The notes under the pieces were generated by a model. It made no database searches. It was not told the origin of the DNA and worked only from the letters and a program-made list of their open reading frames with translations. Both the position numbers and the translations under genes were made by a program. From positions 544,001-608,000 of the forward strand of contig JBJBCN010000002.1 of assembly GCA_047285805.1 (NCBI GenBank): a stretch of 64,000 nucleotides of DNA, in the 5' to 3' direction. Origin of the DNA: Synechococcus sp. GTDB lineage: Bacteria > Cyanobacteriota > Cyanobacteriia > PCC-6307 > Cyanobiaceae. Of the stretch, positions 1-8,063 are shown one piece after another; positions within the stretch are counted from its first letter, which is position 1; every line of letters begins with the position of its first letter.

Positions 1-715
1 CCGCCAAACCAGGCAATTGGCGGGGGGCGGATCGAAGGTTTACGAGTACCTGCGGTGCAGGCAGCGGGATAAAGACAGCAGCCTTTGCGAGGCACCAGCG
101 CAGCATCCCTACGACGAAGAACGCATGCTTCGGCGTCTACATGATTTTCGGTGGGCGGAATTCTTCAGCGATGAGAAGCACGAAGCCGAAGTGACGGCAG
201 CGCGGAAGCAAGTGCTATGTGCCCAAGGGCATCGGAGTGATGTTGAACGTGACTTGACCAACCTCAGAACCGCGGCACTTGAGCAGGCGAAAGCAGGCGG
301 AACTGTCAGTGCCTGGCTGGAACACGAAGCAAAGAAGTTGGAGCAGGCGTTTTCAGATGCTCAGGCGGCTGAGAACGTCGCAATCAGCGCTTTAGGGAGC
401 CTTGAACGGCGCAGAACGGGTACAGACGCCCAACGGGCTATCCGGAAGCGTGTTGAGGCTTTCGTGGCCTCAGACAGGCAAGACGTTCAGCAGCGCAAAG
501 CGTTTATCCAGTGGCTCTCGTCAGAAGAGCTGGTGATCGAGTTCAACCTCGAGACAGGAACGATGGAGCTTGGGGTCGGTCAGGTTGCTTCTGACGGCCG
601 CTTGGTTGCACTGGATATGCGGCTTGAAGATGCGGCGGCCTTTGGGCTCCCCGTCGAGGAGTTCCGGGCATTCATCAAGGAGAGGGATGAAGCGATTGCA
701 GCCCAGCTCCAATAG
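1..715 (+). CDS. Large serine recombinase, C-terminal part (5' end outside window)
   Basis: Zn-ribbon-like YEYLRC...C segment followed by a long coiled coil, as in LSR C-termini. The frame is open from the window edge; the catalytic domain is not visible. Confidence 0.65.
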   Translation, partial: RQTRQLAGGGSKVYEYLRCRQRDKDSSLCEAPAQHPYDEERMLRRLHDFRWAEFFSDEKHEAEVTAARKQVLCAQGHRSDVERDLTNLRTAALEQAKAGGTVSAWLEHEAKKLEQAFSDAQAAENVAISALGSLERRRTGTDAQRAIRKRVEAFVASDRQDVQQRKAFIQWLSSEELVIEFNLETGTMELGVGQVASDGRLVALDMRLEDAAAFGLPVEEFRAFIKERDEAIAAQLQ

Positions 716-1047
716 GCCCTCTTGCAAGAAACTGTTGCGCGCTTAAACGGCCGTGGACACACTGAAGCTCGTGCGTCCCACGAATCTGGTCGGTCCTTAC
801 CGCCAGGCTCGTCCTAGTGGATGCGCCCCCCTTGCGCTGACGGCAACACCAAGGCCATAACCGCTGAGGACACGGTCCGAGAGAACCCCGTGATCCGAGA
901 CGGGGGAGTGCCAAGCTCCCCCAACTCAACACTCCCCGCTACTGAGCAGTGGGTCGGGGAGCTGTTGTGCTTGTTATCAGTGACCTTGATCCTTGGCGGC
1001 GAGGGGGAGGAGAGATGAGCGCAACCCAGGAGTTAGCAGGCCATATG

Positions 1048-1797
1048 TCAGAGCTTGGATTCTTCTGGAACCTCCCTTGAGGACGGAACTCGTGGAGCCA
1101 CATGCAACGACTTTTTCTTTCTTCCGTCAGATGAGGGCTGCCAATCTGAATAAACAACCTTCCAAGCTTTGACGGTTTCTGGACCAATCTCATTGATCCT
1201 TAGACCGGTGGATCCATCATTTGAAAGCAAGACAAAAGCTTTTCCATTCACCATGTCGTAGTTAGCCAAAGCGGCCGCAATTTCTTTGTTGACCCTAAAA
1301 ACGCCATCGCACCCATTAACAACCAGATAGCCGTCACCATTCTTGATTCCAAAAGACTGAATTGACTCACTACCAGTGGTCACGCGTCGACCGAAAGACT
1401 TATTGGCAACAGTTTCTTGCCTGACCCGGATTGTGTTCCGACCAAAGAACGAAGCAACCCTGAAGGATTTATTGTAATTGCGGTCAAATACACCAATCGT
1501 CGTCCCGGTGATTGGGTTTTTCAGGATTACTGGTTTGGAAAGAGGGAATTTGGTGCTCTCAAGGTCTTGCGACCTCCAGTCTTCGGTAATAGTGAAAACT
1601 TCGACGCCGGGAAAGACCCTGGGTAGCTTCTCTGGTTCATATTGAATGTATTCTTCGGTTCTATATGGCGAACATAGAAGGAGCTCCTCCTTTAATGCAT
1701 CGCCGTATTTCTTTGGCGATATTTCATATGCCGCTGCAGGCAATGAAGAGGCGAGAAGTGTTGCGCCAGCAAGGGTTAGCGGAGCGAGGGAGCGCAT
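1048..1797 (-). CDS. Hypothetical exported protein (element cargo)
   Basis: 249-aa ORF with a signal-peptide-like N-terminus ending LPAAA; lower GC than the backbone. Confidence 0.7.
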   Translation of the reverse strand: MRSLAPLTLAGATLLASSLPAAAYEISPKKYGDALKEELLLCSPYRTEEYIQYEPEKLPRVFPGVEVFTITEDWRSQDLESTKFPLSKPVILKNPITGTTIGVFDRNYNKSFRVASFFGRNTIRVRQETVANKSFGRRVTTGSESIQSFGIKNGDGYLVVNGCDGVFRVNKEIAAALANYDMVNGKAFVLLSNDGSTGLRINEIGPETVKAWKVVYSDWQPSSDGRKKKSLHVAPRVPSSREVPEESKL

Positions 1798-1859
1798 AGG
1801 CTTCTTTTTTCTATATTTAAGCTAGCATCACTTCTGTAGTCACTTGTGGGTGAAGGCCG

Positions 1860-2138
1860 ATGATCGCCTCTGGGCTTGTGGTGTCAGCGCTATTTGGGAT
1901 TGCACTGCTGAGCGCTGAATCGCCGGCGAACGCGGCTCCTTCAGTCTTGGTGAAGAGCGGCGTCAACTGCCCTGGAAGCTACGTAAAAGCAGGGAGAGGC
2001 AAGAATTGCCAAGCAGCGCCCGAATATGTAGACATCACCTATCTCGGAGAGAATATAAGGGAATCCTGTAAGCCCACCTACACCCGTCTTAATGCTGGCG
2101 ACAGCAAGTGGTGCGTAAAATACAGCGAGCAATACTAA
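1860..2138 (+). CDS. Small exported Cys-containing hypothetical protein
   Basis: 92 aa; hydrophobic N-terminus ending PANA; four Cys in the mature part. Confidence 0.6.
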   Translation: MIASGLVVSALFGIALLSAESPANAAPSVLVKSGVNCPGSYVKAGRGKNCQAAPEYVDITYLGENIRESCKPTYTRLNAGDSKWCVKYSEQY

Positions 2139-2196
2139 TGCGCTCGGATAACTTCACTTGCAAGAGTGATGGGTTGACGTGTATTTGCATCCGCAA

Positions 2197-2547
2197 CTAC
2201 CTCCTTCTCGCCTTCTGCATTGCTTGTTCAATCAGAATCCATTCCGCTGCGGTGTGACGTGTCTTCCACCCGTACTGCTCGCATAGCGCGTTGCAATAGT
2301 CCCCAATCCGCAGGATCGTCTCCAGGTCAACGCGGCTAAGCCTCTCCTTAGCCACCACGTTCCGGTCGCTCCAGTTCACCACCTGAGCAACGCGCTCCCG
2401 TAGCCCATTCATCTCCAGCTGCCGATGACCTCTCTCATTCAGTGAAATGAAGTCATCCAGGTAGCCGTCATCCATCAAGTTCTGAAGGCTTGAACGACTC
2501 CGATATCCCAGCTCTCTTGCTGCCGCCGCAATGCTCTTAATGGCCAC
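2197..2547 (-). CDS. N-terminal HTH DNA-binding protein (possible small-terminase-like or Xis-like)
   Basis: SIAAAARELGYRSRSSLQNL helix-turn-helix pattern; lies just downstream of a cos-like motif. Confidence 0.6.
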   Translation of the reverse strand: MAIKSIAAAARELGYRSRSSLQNLMDDGYLDDFISLNERGHRQLEMNGLRERVAQVVNWSDRNVVAKERLSRVDLETILRIGDYCNALCEQYGWKTRHTAAEWILIEQAMQKARRR

Positions 2548-2610
2548 TATTCGCTAAATCTCAGCGCCTAAACCAGCCTAAGGAATTTTGCACTGACGCT
2601 AGATGAGACA

Positions 2611-2653
2611 TGCGCTTTCGGATGACCCGCAATAAAGCAAATAGCAAGGACCC
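2611..2653 (-). other. Putative cos-like packaging site
   Basis: Minus strand reads GGGTCCT (the lambda cosQ heptamer), an AT-rich spacer, then the dyad TGCG-N13-CGCA. Confidence 0.4.
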
Positions 2654-2708
2654 TGCAAATACGTCATTGGATACTGATTTATTGGCTTATGGGTGTGACT
2701 GAAGAAAT

Positions 2709-2736
2709 AAAAAGCCCCTGCGTTTGCAGGGGCTTT
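2709..2736 (-). terminator. Rho-independent terminator
   Basis: AAAGCCCCTGC-gttt-GCAGGGGCTTT hairpin with a minus-strand T tract, downstream of ORF 2771-3727. Confidence 0.8.
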
Positions 2737-2770
2737 AGGTGGCTAGCCTACCACCTTCTAATGCATAATG

Positions 2771-3727
2771 TCAGCACCGCAATATCCACGGTATGTATGG
2801 ATCCAGGTAATGGCAATTATCGTGCACCCGCACATCCCTGTTACTAGGCGTTGATGTTAGGGCTTTAGCAGCGGCATTGGTTTTCGGTGTTTCTTTGCCA
2901 GGACCGCCATTGGTATTGAAGCGCCACTTGATATCAGCGGAGAAGCGTGACTTGAAGGCACTGTCATAAGAGAGGTTGGTGCCAACGGTTAGTCCGTTGT
3001 TGATGGCATAAGCCAGACGACCCAAGACGCCAGAGCCATCGGCATCGCCTGCATCGCCGTTTTGGTAGTAGTAACCGACAGAGGCTCTTAAGGCTGGCGT
3101 CAGGTTGTAACCAGCATCTAAGCCATAGGTGTCCAGTGCACCGCCTTGATAGACGGTGTTGAGCTGTTGCTCGGTGTCACCCGTTGGAATGAGCGCATAG
3201 GCATTGAAGTTCCACTTATCGCTCATCGCTTCTGCATTGACGGCAGCCTGCTGGAAGAAAGCCGTGCGTGAGGCATAGACAGGGATGCCTGTATCGGCAT
3301 CACCCGTGCTCATTGGTCGGGTGTCATAGCCCGCATTCAGTCCATACATCCAACTGCGGTCACCATTGAGCCAGCGATAGCCCAGGCGGGCTGAGGTGGA
3401 GATGGTGGTGCCAGCAACGGTGGTGTTGATGATGCTGCTGCTGTTACCCCAGTCCGACAAGTTGGCATTCGCCAAGACATCAGCAAAGAAGATGCTGTTG
3501 CTGCCGACCACCAGTGGAAGGAAGCCACCCAGACCGGCTTGGTTGGGGGTGCCAGCGGCTTGGGTTTGCGCATGGATGCCGACTTGAGGTTTGACGATGT
3601 CCTTGAGCTGAATGCTCATCACGCCTAGGTCACTGGCGCTGCCATGCCCATCAGCTTGTGCAGGGAGAGTGGCGACTGCGAATGCAGATGCCACCAACCC
3701 GATTGATAAAGGACGCAGCATCAGCAC
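2771..3727 (-). CDS. Outer-membrane beta-barrel protein, inverse-autotransporter beta-domain-like
   Basis: Signal peptide (ATLPAQA); alternating beta-strand motifs RLGYRW, YGLNAGYD, LGRLAY, ADIKWRF. Confidence 0.7.
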   Translation of the reverse strand: MLMLRPLSIGLVASAFAVATLPAQADGHGSASDLGVMSIQLKDIVKPQVGIHAQTQAAGTPNQAGLGGFLPLVVGSNSIFFADVLANANLSDWGNSSSIINTTVAGTTISTSARLGYRWLNGDRSWMYGLNAGYDTRPMSTGDADTGIPVYASRTAFFQQAAVNAEAMSDKWNFNAYALIPTGDTEQQLNTVYQGGALDTYGLDAGYNLTPALRASVGYYYQNGDAGDADGSGVLGRLAYAINNGLTVGTNLSYDSAFKSRFSADIKWRFNTNGGPGKETPKTNAAAKALTSTPSNRDVRVHDNCHYLDPYIPWILRC

Positions 3728-3775
3728 TGGTGGGCAGTTGGGGTGATGGTGACCTACTTACGGTGACTTGTCGTG

Positions 3776-3807
3776 AGAAAGCCCGAGGGGGCATCACTCC
3801 CTCGGGC
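3776..3807 (-). terminator. Terminator after capsid gene
   Basis: GCCCGAGGG...CCCTCGGGC hairpin (3781-3807) followed by TTTCT on the minus strand, about 30 nt past the stop at 3838. Confidence 0.65.
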
Positions 3808-3837
3808 GGAACTGCACCACTGCAGGAGCTCTCGCGG

Positions 3838-5436
3838 TTATGCGATCGCGTCCTGCATCGCAGCGAAGCTTTCAGGGTGTCTGACGGCGATATCGATCGA
3901 CTGCAGCGCTCGGATGCCAGTCGTGCCCTTGGCGAAGTCGGTGTAGGAGTCCACCAGGATTCCCAAGGTGCCGTACAGGCCAATCAGCAGGTCGCTGAAG
4001 TTGCCGTAGACGATCGCGCTCAGGTTGGTGCCAGTGCCCTTGCTCAAGTTGCTCGGGACGTTGTTGCTGACCTCGAAGCGACGTCCAGCAATCTGCGAGC
4101 GGCCTAGCTAAGTGCCATAAGGCGAAAGCAGGTACTGGTCTTGGGAGTCCTTGAGCTTGGAGAGGACTGCTTCCACCTTGGCGTTGGTGAGGAAGCCGCA
4201 GCTAGCGACATCAGCGTTATCGACGGCCACCTCCTTCTTGAGGTCCATCAGGTGATCGAGGGTCGGAGCCAAGCCATTGGTCCCGCCCGCAACAGAGCCA
4301 ATGCCTGTGGTGTTCAAGATCCCTGTGGGTTGGTTGCTACTGCCACTGCCGTTGATGGCAGCGGTGTCGATTGCATCGGCCAGCAGCGCAACGAAGTCAG
4401 CACGGATCAGCTGCTCGATGTCCGGGGTGCTTTGCAGGTTCATCAGGTGAGAGAACTTGCTAAGTGCACCAACGGTCTTGGGGGTCATCGTCACGGTGCC
4501 GATGGTCCCGGTGCTTTCGGTGACGCTGTCGCTGTCATCAGCACCAAACCAATAGGCAGTCGCAGTGCCTGTTCTCTTGGGGATGCTCACGTCGCCCACC
4601 AAGCCGCCAAGGAAGGTGGCGCCAAGCTCGGCAACGGCCAAGCGATCACGCAGCGCCTCAATGAAACTGGTCGCCAGGTGATCGGTAGCGATCAGGTTGC
4701 CGCCGGCGCTTGCGGTTCCCGCCACATAGGTGCGTTTCTTCCAGCCGTTATCCGGGACAAAGAAGCCTTGAGTACGCCGCCCATTGCGGTGCTCAAGCTC
4801 TTGGTTCACCTCAGCTTCTCGGCCGCTCAGCCCCCGACCTGAGGAGATGCCTTGCGCAGCGCGGACGATGCTGAACTGCTCGGCCTCTCGCCGGTACTCG
4901 GCATCAGGGTCAAGGCCAATGGGGGAAATCGGTTCGTAGGTCATTGGTGTGTGAGTCGTAGTTGGTAGGGCGCGGTTCACGCCAATCGATGCGTCGGCCG
5001 GGATGCTCACGACGCTCAGCTCAATCGGTTGCCAGCGAGTGACGCGCATCACGCCTGCGTCCTGCTCGGCATCCAGCACGGAGTAGCCGACCGAGATGTT
5101 GGGCCTCACGCCTGCTTCAACGTCCTTGCGCACTTGCCTGGCGAGGTCGTTTGTGGCCCAGGTGATGCGGGCCATGCAGCGGCGTCTCTCATCGATCCAT
5201 GCCCGCTCGACAATCCCGAGGATTCGATCCGGGTCGTGGTTCAGCAGCAGTGGTGCTGCGCCTCCATTCAGCCGAGTGAGGTCGACCGCTTCTCGGTCGT
5301 GATCCAACACCTCATCACCGAAGTATCGAGTGACAGGTGTTTCCGAGCTGAATGAGAACTCAAGCTGATTGGAGTCAGCTTTGGTGTCATCGATCGTGAG
5401 ATAACGCCGCTGGATTTCGGCGGCGATGGTTGTCAT
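3838..5436 (-). pseudogene. Prohead protease-HK97 major capsid protein fusion interrupted by an in-frame TAG at 4108-4110 (pseudogene, read-through or sequencing error)
   Basis: Protease motifs LLLNHD and ELSVVSIPAD; capsid motifs AGGNLI, INGSGSSNQPTGILN, and after the stop GNFSDLLIG and DIAVRHPESF in the same frame. Confidence 0.85.
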
Positions 5437-5649
5437 TGACTCCCTCTATAGAGAGGTCTCGTAGATAACGACGTTGCTGAGCGCTAGCGAGGCAATCTTC
5501 CAAGGGATTTGGAACCCTTGGCATGTCGTCATCGACGAGTGATTTCATGTCCAATGCTAGAGATATATCTACTCCGATAATAGTCGCTTCTCTAAATACG
5601 CCTAATCAGTGTTAGTCAATGCTTCTGGGCGCCTGCAGAGGGGTTGCTG

Positions 5650-5761
5650 AGAGGAAAAAGAGGTTTAAGAGGTTAAAGAGGTTGCACCATCACACGCATG
5701 TATGGCTTTCTTGAAGTCAGACCCCTGTAGCGAGACAGCCTCTAAAACCTCTTTTCCCCTT
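5650..5761. repeat. Iteron-like direct and inverted repeats, putative replication origin
   Basis: AAGAGGTT at 5658, 5667 and 5676 (9-bp period); inverted copies at 5746 (exact), 5737 and 5755 (degenerate); abuts the helicase stop codon. Confidence 0.6.
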
Positions 5762-5766
5762 AGTGG

Positions 5767-7137
5767 TCACCTGGTCAGTGCTTTAAGCACCTCATCGACT
5801 GGGCGAAAGAGGGCTGCGGGAGGCCCGCCTCGTTTCCCGTTTGATTGTTGGTAGCCGTCTTCAACGATCAGGTGTTTGCGCTCAAGGGCTTGCAATGCCT
5901 CTCGCGCCTTTGATGTGGCATGCACTTCAAGACCTAAGGCATTGCCTAGGTGAACCGCATCCATACCTTTCTTTGTCGATTGGTAGTGATCGCATAGGTC
6001 TGTCAGGGCCTTGTGCTGACGATCTGTGAGGTCGTCGAGTACTCCCTGAATCGCGGCTTTTCTTGCCACCTCCTCGCCGGATCCATGAAGGATCCAGCCA
6101 GCGTTTGTTTGCTCGATCAGCAAGTCGATCGGTGCAGCTTCACGACCCTCTGCCGCCAACCTGCTCCGCCTGTCTCGTTGAGCGAGCGGGTTGTCATCGC
6201 CGTCCCCAAGAGACGCGAGAGCCGCCGTTTGGGAAGCGGCTGCCGGCAGAGAGTTATTGCCTCGACTGGCCTCTGAGGCCCGCAATGCACCAGGCCGTTT
6301 TTTTGCGTGGTGGATCAAGAGCAGCGTCGCCTCGTGGGGAGCGAGCGCTTCTGTCAGATCGATGCAGGGGTCAGCAAAGGCGGCATCGCATTCCTGCAGC
6401 CCAAGCTTGCTGGTGCACGCGTGATAGCTGTCGACCAGAACAATCAGCCTTGGGTAGCGAAGGCAGTAGCCGACGATTTCCTCAATGCCTTCCTCGTCCA
6501 CATGGAGTGGTGCGCCCTTGTGGAAGAGGCCAACAATCGCCGGGTGCATGCTCCTGTCTGGGTTGAGCAGACCAGCGAGCTGAAGGCACTTTGCCCAATC
6601 CCGTTGCGGTTGGTCCGTTCCAACAATCAGAACCTTGGCGTCAGGCCATGGATGCAGGGCCTGTCCGAGAAACTCTGACTCCCCTCGGACTAATGCCCCG
6701 AGGACGGCACAAGCCAGTCGGCTTTTTCCCGTCTTTGGGGCACCGACAACAAGATTGCTCGTCCCTCGCAGCAGGATGTTCGACCAAAGCCAGGGTGCTT
6801 CTGCAAGCGAAAGCTTTCCGCCTTGCGGGATGGGTTCAGCAGCACCCACCAGCCTTCGCCGCTCTTGCCCAAGGAGGCGGCGAAGCTCGTCGTCTCGGAC
6901 GCGCGTCTGAAGTTCAGATGCGGTTCGGCGTAGGTGGATGAGTCGCTGATGGCTGGGAATGGCCTCATCGCAAAGAAGATCCCGCGTCTTCCTCTGCAGG
7001 GTGCGTAGGTCCTCTGCTGCCGATGGCTTGCGTCGAGGGGCGGGGTCAACGCGTTTGAGCTGACCCTGAACGCGTTGTTGCCGTTCCCTTTGATCAAACG
7101 CGTCTGAGTGGTCGAGCCATGCGAGTGGGTCGGTCAT
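5767..7137 (-). CDS. AAA_25/RepA-like replicative helicase/ATPase
   Basis: Walker A GAPKTGKS, Walker B IVLVDS, LLLIHHAKK, SRGNNSL, wHTH-like C-terminus. ATG at 7137 overlaps the upstream stop (ATGA). Confidence 0.8.
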   Translation of the reverse strand: MTDPLAWLDHSDAFDQRERQQRVQGQLKRVDPAPRRKPSAAEDLRTLQRKTRDLLCDEAIPSHQRLIHLRRTASELQTRVRDDELRRLLGQERRRLVGAAEPIPQGGKLSLAEAPWLWSNILLRGTSNLVVGAPKTGKSRLACAVLGALVRGESEFLGQALHPWPDAKVLIVGTDQPQRDWAKCLQLAGLLNPDRSMHPAIVGLFHKGAPLHVDEEGIEEIVGYCLRYPRLIVLVDSYHACTSKLGLQECDAAFADPCIDLTEALAPHEATLLLIHHAKKRPGALRASEASRGNNSLPAAASQTAALASLGDGDDNPLAQRDRRSRLAAEGREAAPIDLLIEQTNAGWILHGSGEEVARKAAIQGVLDDLTDRQHKALTDLCDHYQSTKKGMDAVHLGNALGLEVHATSKAREALQALERKHLIVEDGYQQSNGKRGGPPAALFRPVDEVLKALTR

Positions 7138-7355
7138 CGGGACCTCCTCGCCCATTCGGCCATTCGGAGGCAGCCAATCGGGTCTTGGTGCTCCAAAAGG
7201 GCTGCTGCTCGGTCGTAATCCGCTGCTGACCAAGCTGGTTCGCTGCTGAGACGCAGCAGCGTGCCGGTCAGATCAACTGAGTCCAGAGGTCGCGAAAAAT
7301 CTCCGTAATGCCGCCAGCGATAACGAGTAACGGTAATTAGGGTGTCATCAGACAT
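7134..7355 (-). CDS. Small hypothetical protein coupled to the helicase
   Basis: GGGAG RBS before ATG 7355; stop overlaps the helicase start. Confidence 0.55.
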   Translation of the reverse strand: MSDDTLITVTRYRWRHYGDFSRPLDSVDLTGTLLRLSSEPAWSAADYDRAAALLEHQDPIGCLRMAEWARRSR

Positions 7356-7370
7356 TTGTTCGTGACTCCC

Positions 7371-7391
7371 AGCCCCAACTGGGGGTTTTTT
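7371..7391 (+). terminator. Terminator-like hairpin antisense to the replication operon
   Basis: GCCCC-aact-GGGGG hairpin followed by TTTTTT on the + strand. Confidence 0.5.
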
Positions 7392-7419
7392 CATTTTTCG
7401 AGAACCTCGATTCGTTGGG

Positions 7420-7662
7420 TCAGGGCTGAAATCCGGTCTTGAGGTGGGCGCTCACCTCTTGGGCCAAGTCACGGGCGGCTTCGCTGGAAGTGCGATTGAC
7501 GACGACCGCCTCCTGCAGCTGACCAACAGCGGCAAGCATTGCGGTGGTGCTATCGATCAAGCGGCGTTCGAGTTCTGTTGATGCCAAAGGCATCAGCTCC
7601 TCGCGCCAGGCATCGCATTGCGTCTGGACGCGTTCCGCCGTCCAAAAAATGTCCGCTTTCAC
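7420..7662 (-). CDS. Small helical hypothetical protein
   Basis: 80 aa; GTG start overlaps the upstream stop (GTGA). Confidence 0.55.
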   Translation of the reverse strand: MKADIFWTAERVQTQCDAWREELMPLASTELERRLIDSTTAMLAAVGQLQEAVVVNRTSSEAARDLAQEVSAHLKTGFQP

Positions 7663-7850
7663 TTGGCTGCTCCTTTTTTGAGCTCTTCCTCCTGGTGCGC
7701 GAGGGCAAAGATCACCATTGCTCTGAGTAGCTCCGCTCGACGGACCCTGTAAGCGGCCGCCAAGGCATCTACGCGAGCTGCGGTCGGTTGGTCGATGTCA
7801 CACGAGAGCCTCACGTCCCGTGATGGCCTCACTGGCAGTTGAACGGTCAT
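7659..7850 (-). CDS. Ribbon-helix-helix (CopG-like) regulator
   Basis: VRLSCDID beta strand then helices TAARVDALAAAY and RRAELLRAMV; first gene of the replication operon. Confidence 0.6.
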   Translation of the reverse strand: MTVQLPVRPSRDVRLSCDIDQPTAARVDALAAAYRVRRAELLRAMVIFALAHQEEELKKGAAK

Positions 7851-7955
7851 GGTTCCAAGTTCTGGACCGAAGTACGAACCAGTGTGTGGAACGTTCAGTA
7901 GCCCTGCAGTGCAGTCGATCTCAGCCGAGTGAATGCTTTTCGCAAGTAACCAACC

Positions 7956-8063
7956 AAGAGGCTGCTGTTGGTGGAGGTCAAAGTCCGGAACCGGAGTGGG
8001 TCTGTGCCTTGGCACCCCTTGCCTCCCAGTCGCCGGCCCGTGCTTTGGCTGTCTTGGGCCTGA
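7956..8063 (+). pseudogene. yraN: Decayed 3' remnant of YraN-family (UPF0102) gene
   Basis: Translates KRLLLVEVKVRNRSG...PLPPSRRPVLWLSWA*, containing the YraN VEVK-x-R motif. No 5' half (in-frame TAA at 7947); directly upstream of rsmA. Confidence 0.65.

Larger units (their letters stand above)
1..7955. mobile_element. Phage-satellite-like integrative element (tycheposon/PICI-like); left end lies outside the window
   Basis: Recombinase tail, HK97 protease-capsid gene, helicase, small DNA-binding genes and ori/cos-like motifs. No portal, large terminase or tail gene is visible. Ends against a yraN remnant upstream of rsmA. Confidence 0.8.

Noticed and set aside
895..930. GACGGGGG...CTCCCCCAACTCAA resembles a tRNA/tmRNA 3' end (possible att site)
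   Set aside because: No TTCRA T-loop, no CCA end and no cloverleaf; kept only as a hairpin.
3838..4047. 69-aa ORF as an independent gene
   Set aside because: It is the in-frame C-terminus of the capsid protein.
1..7955. Element-wide TAG reassignment as the explanation for the capsid amber
   Set aside because: TAG ends ORFs 17-715 and 2197-2547 at plausible positions, and no other element gene is interrupted.
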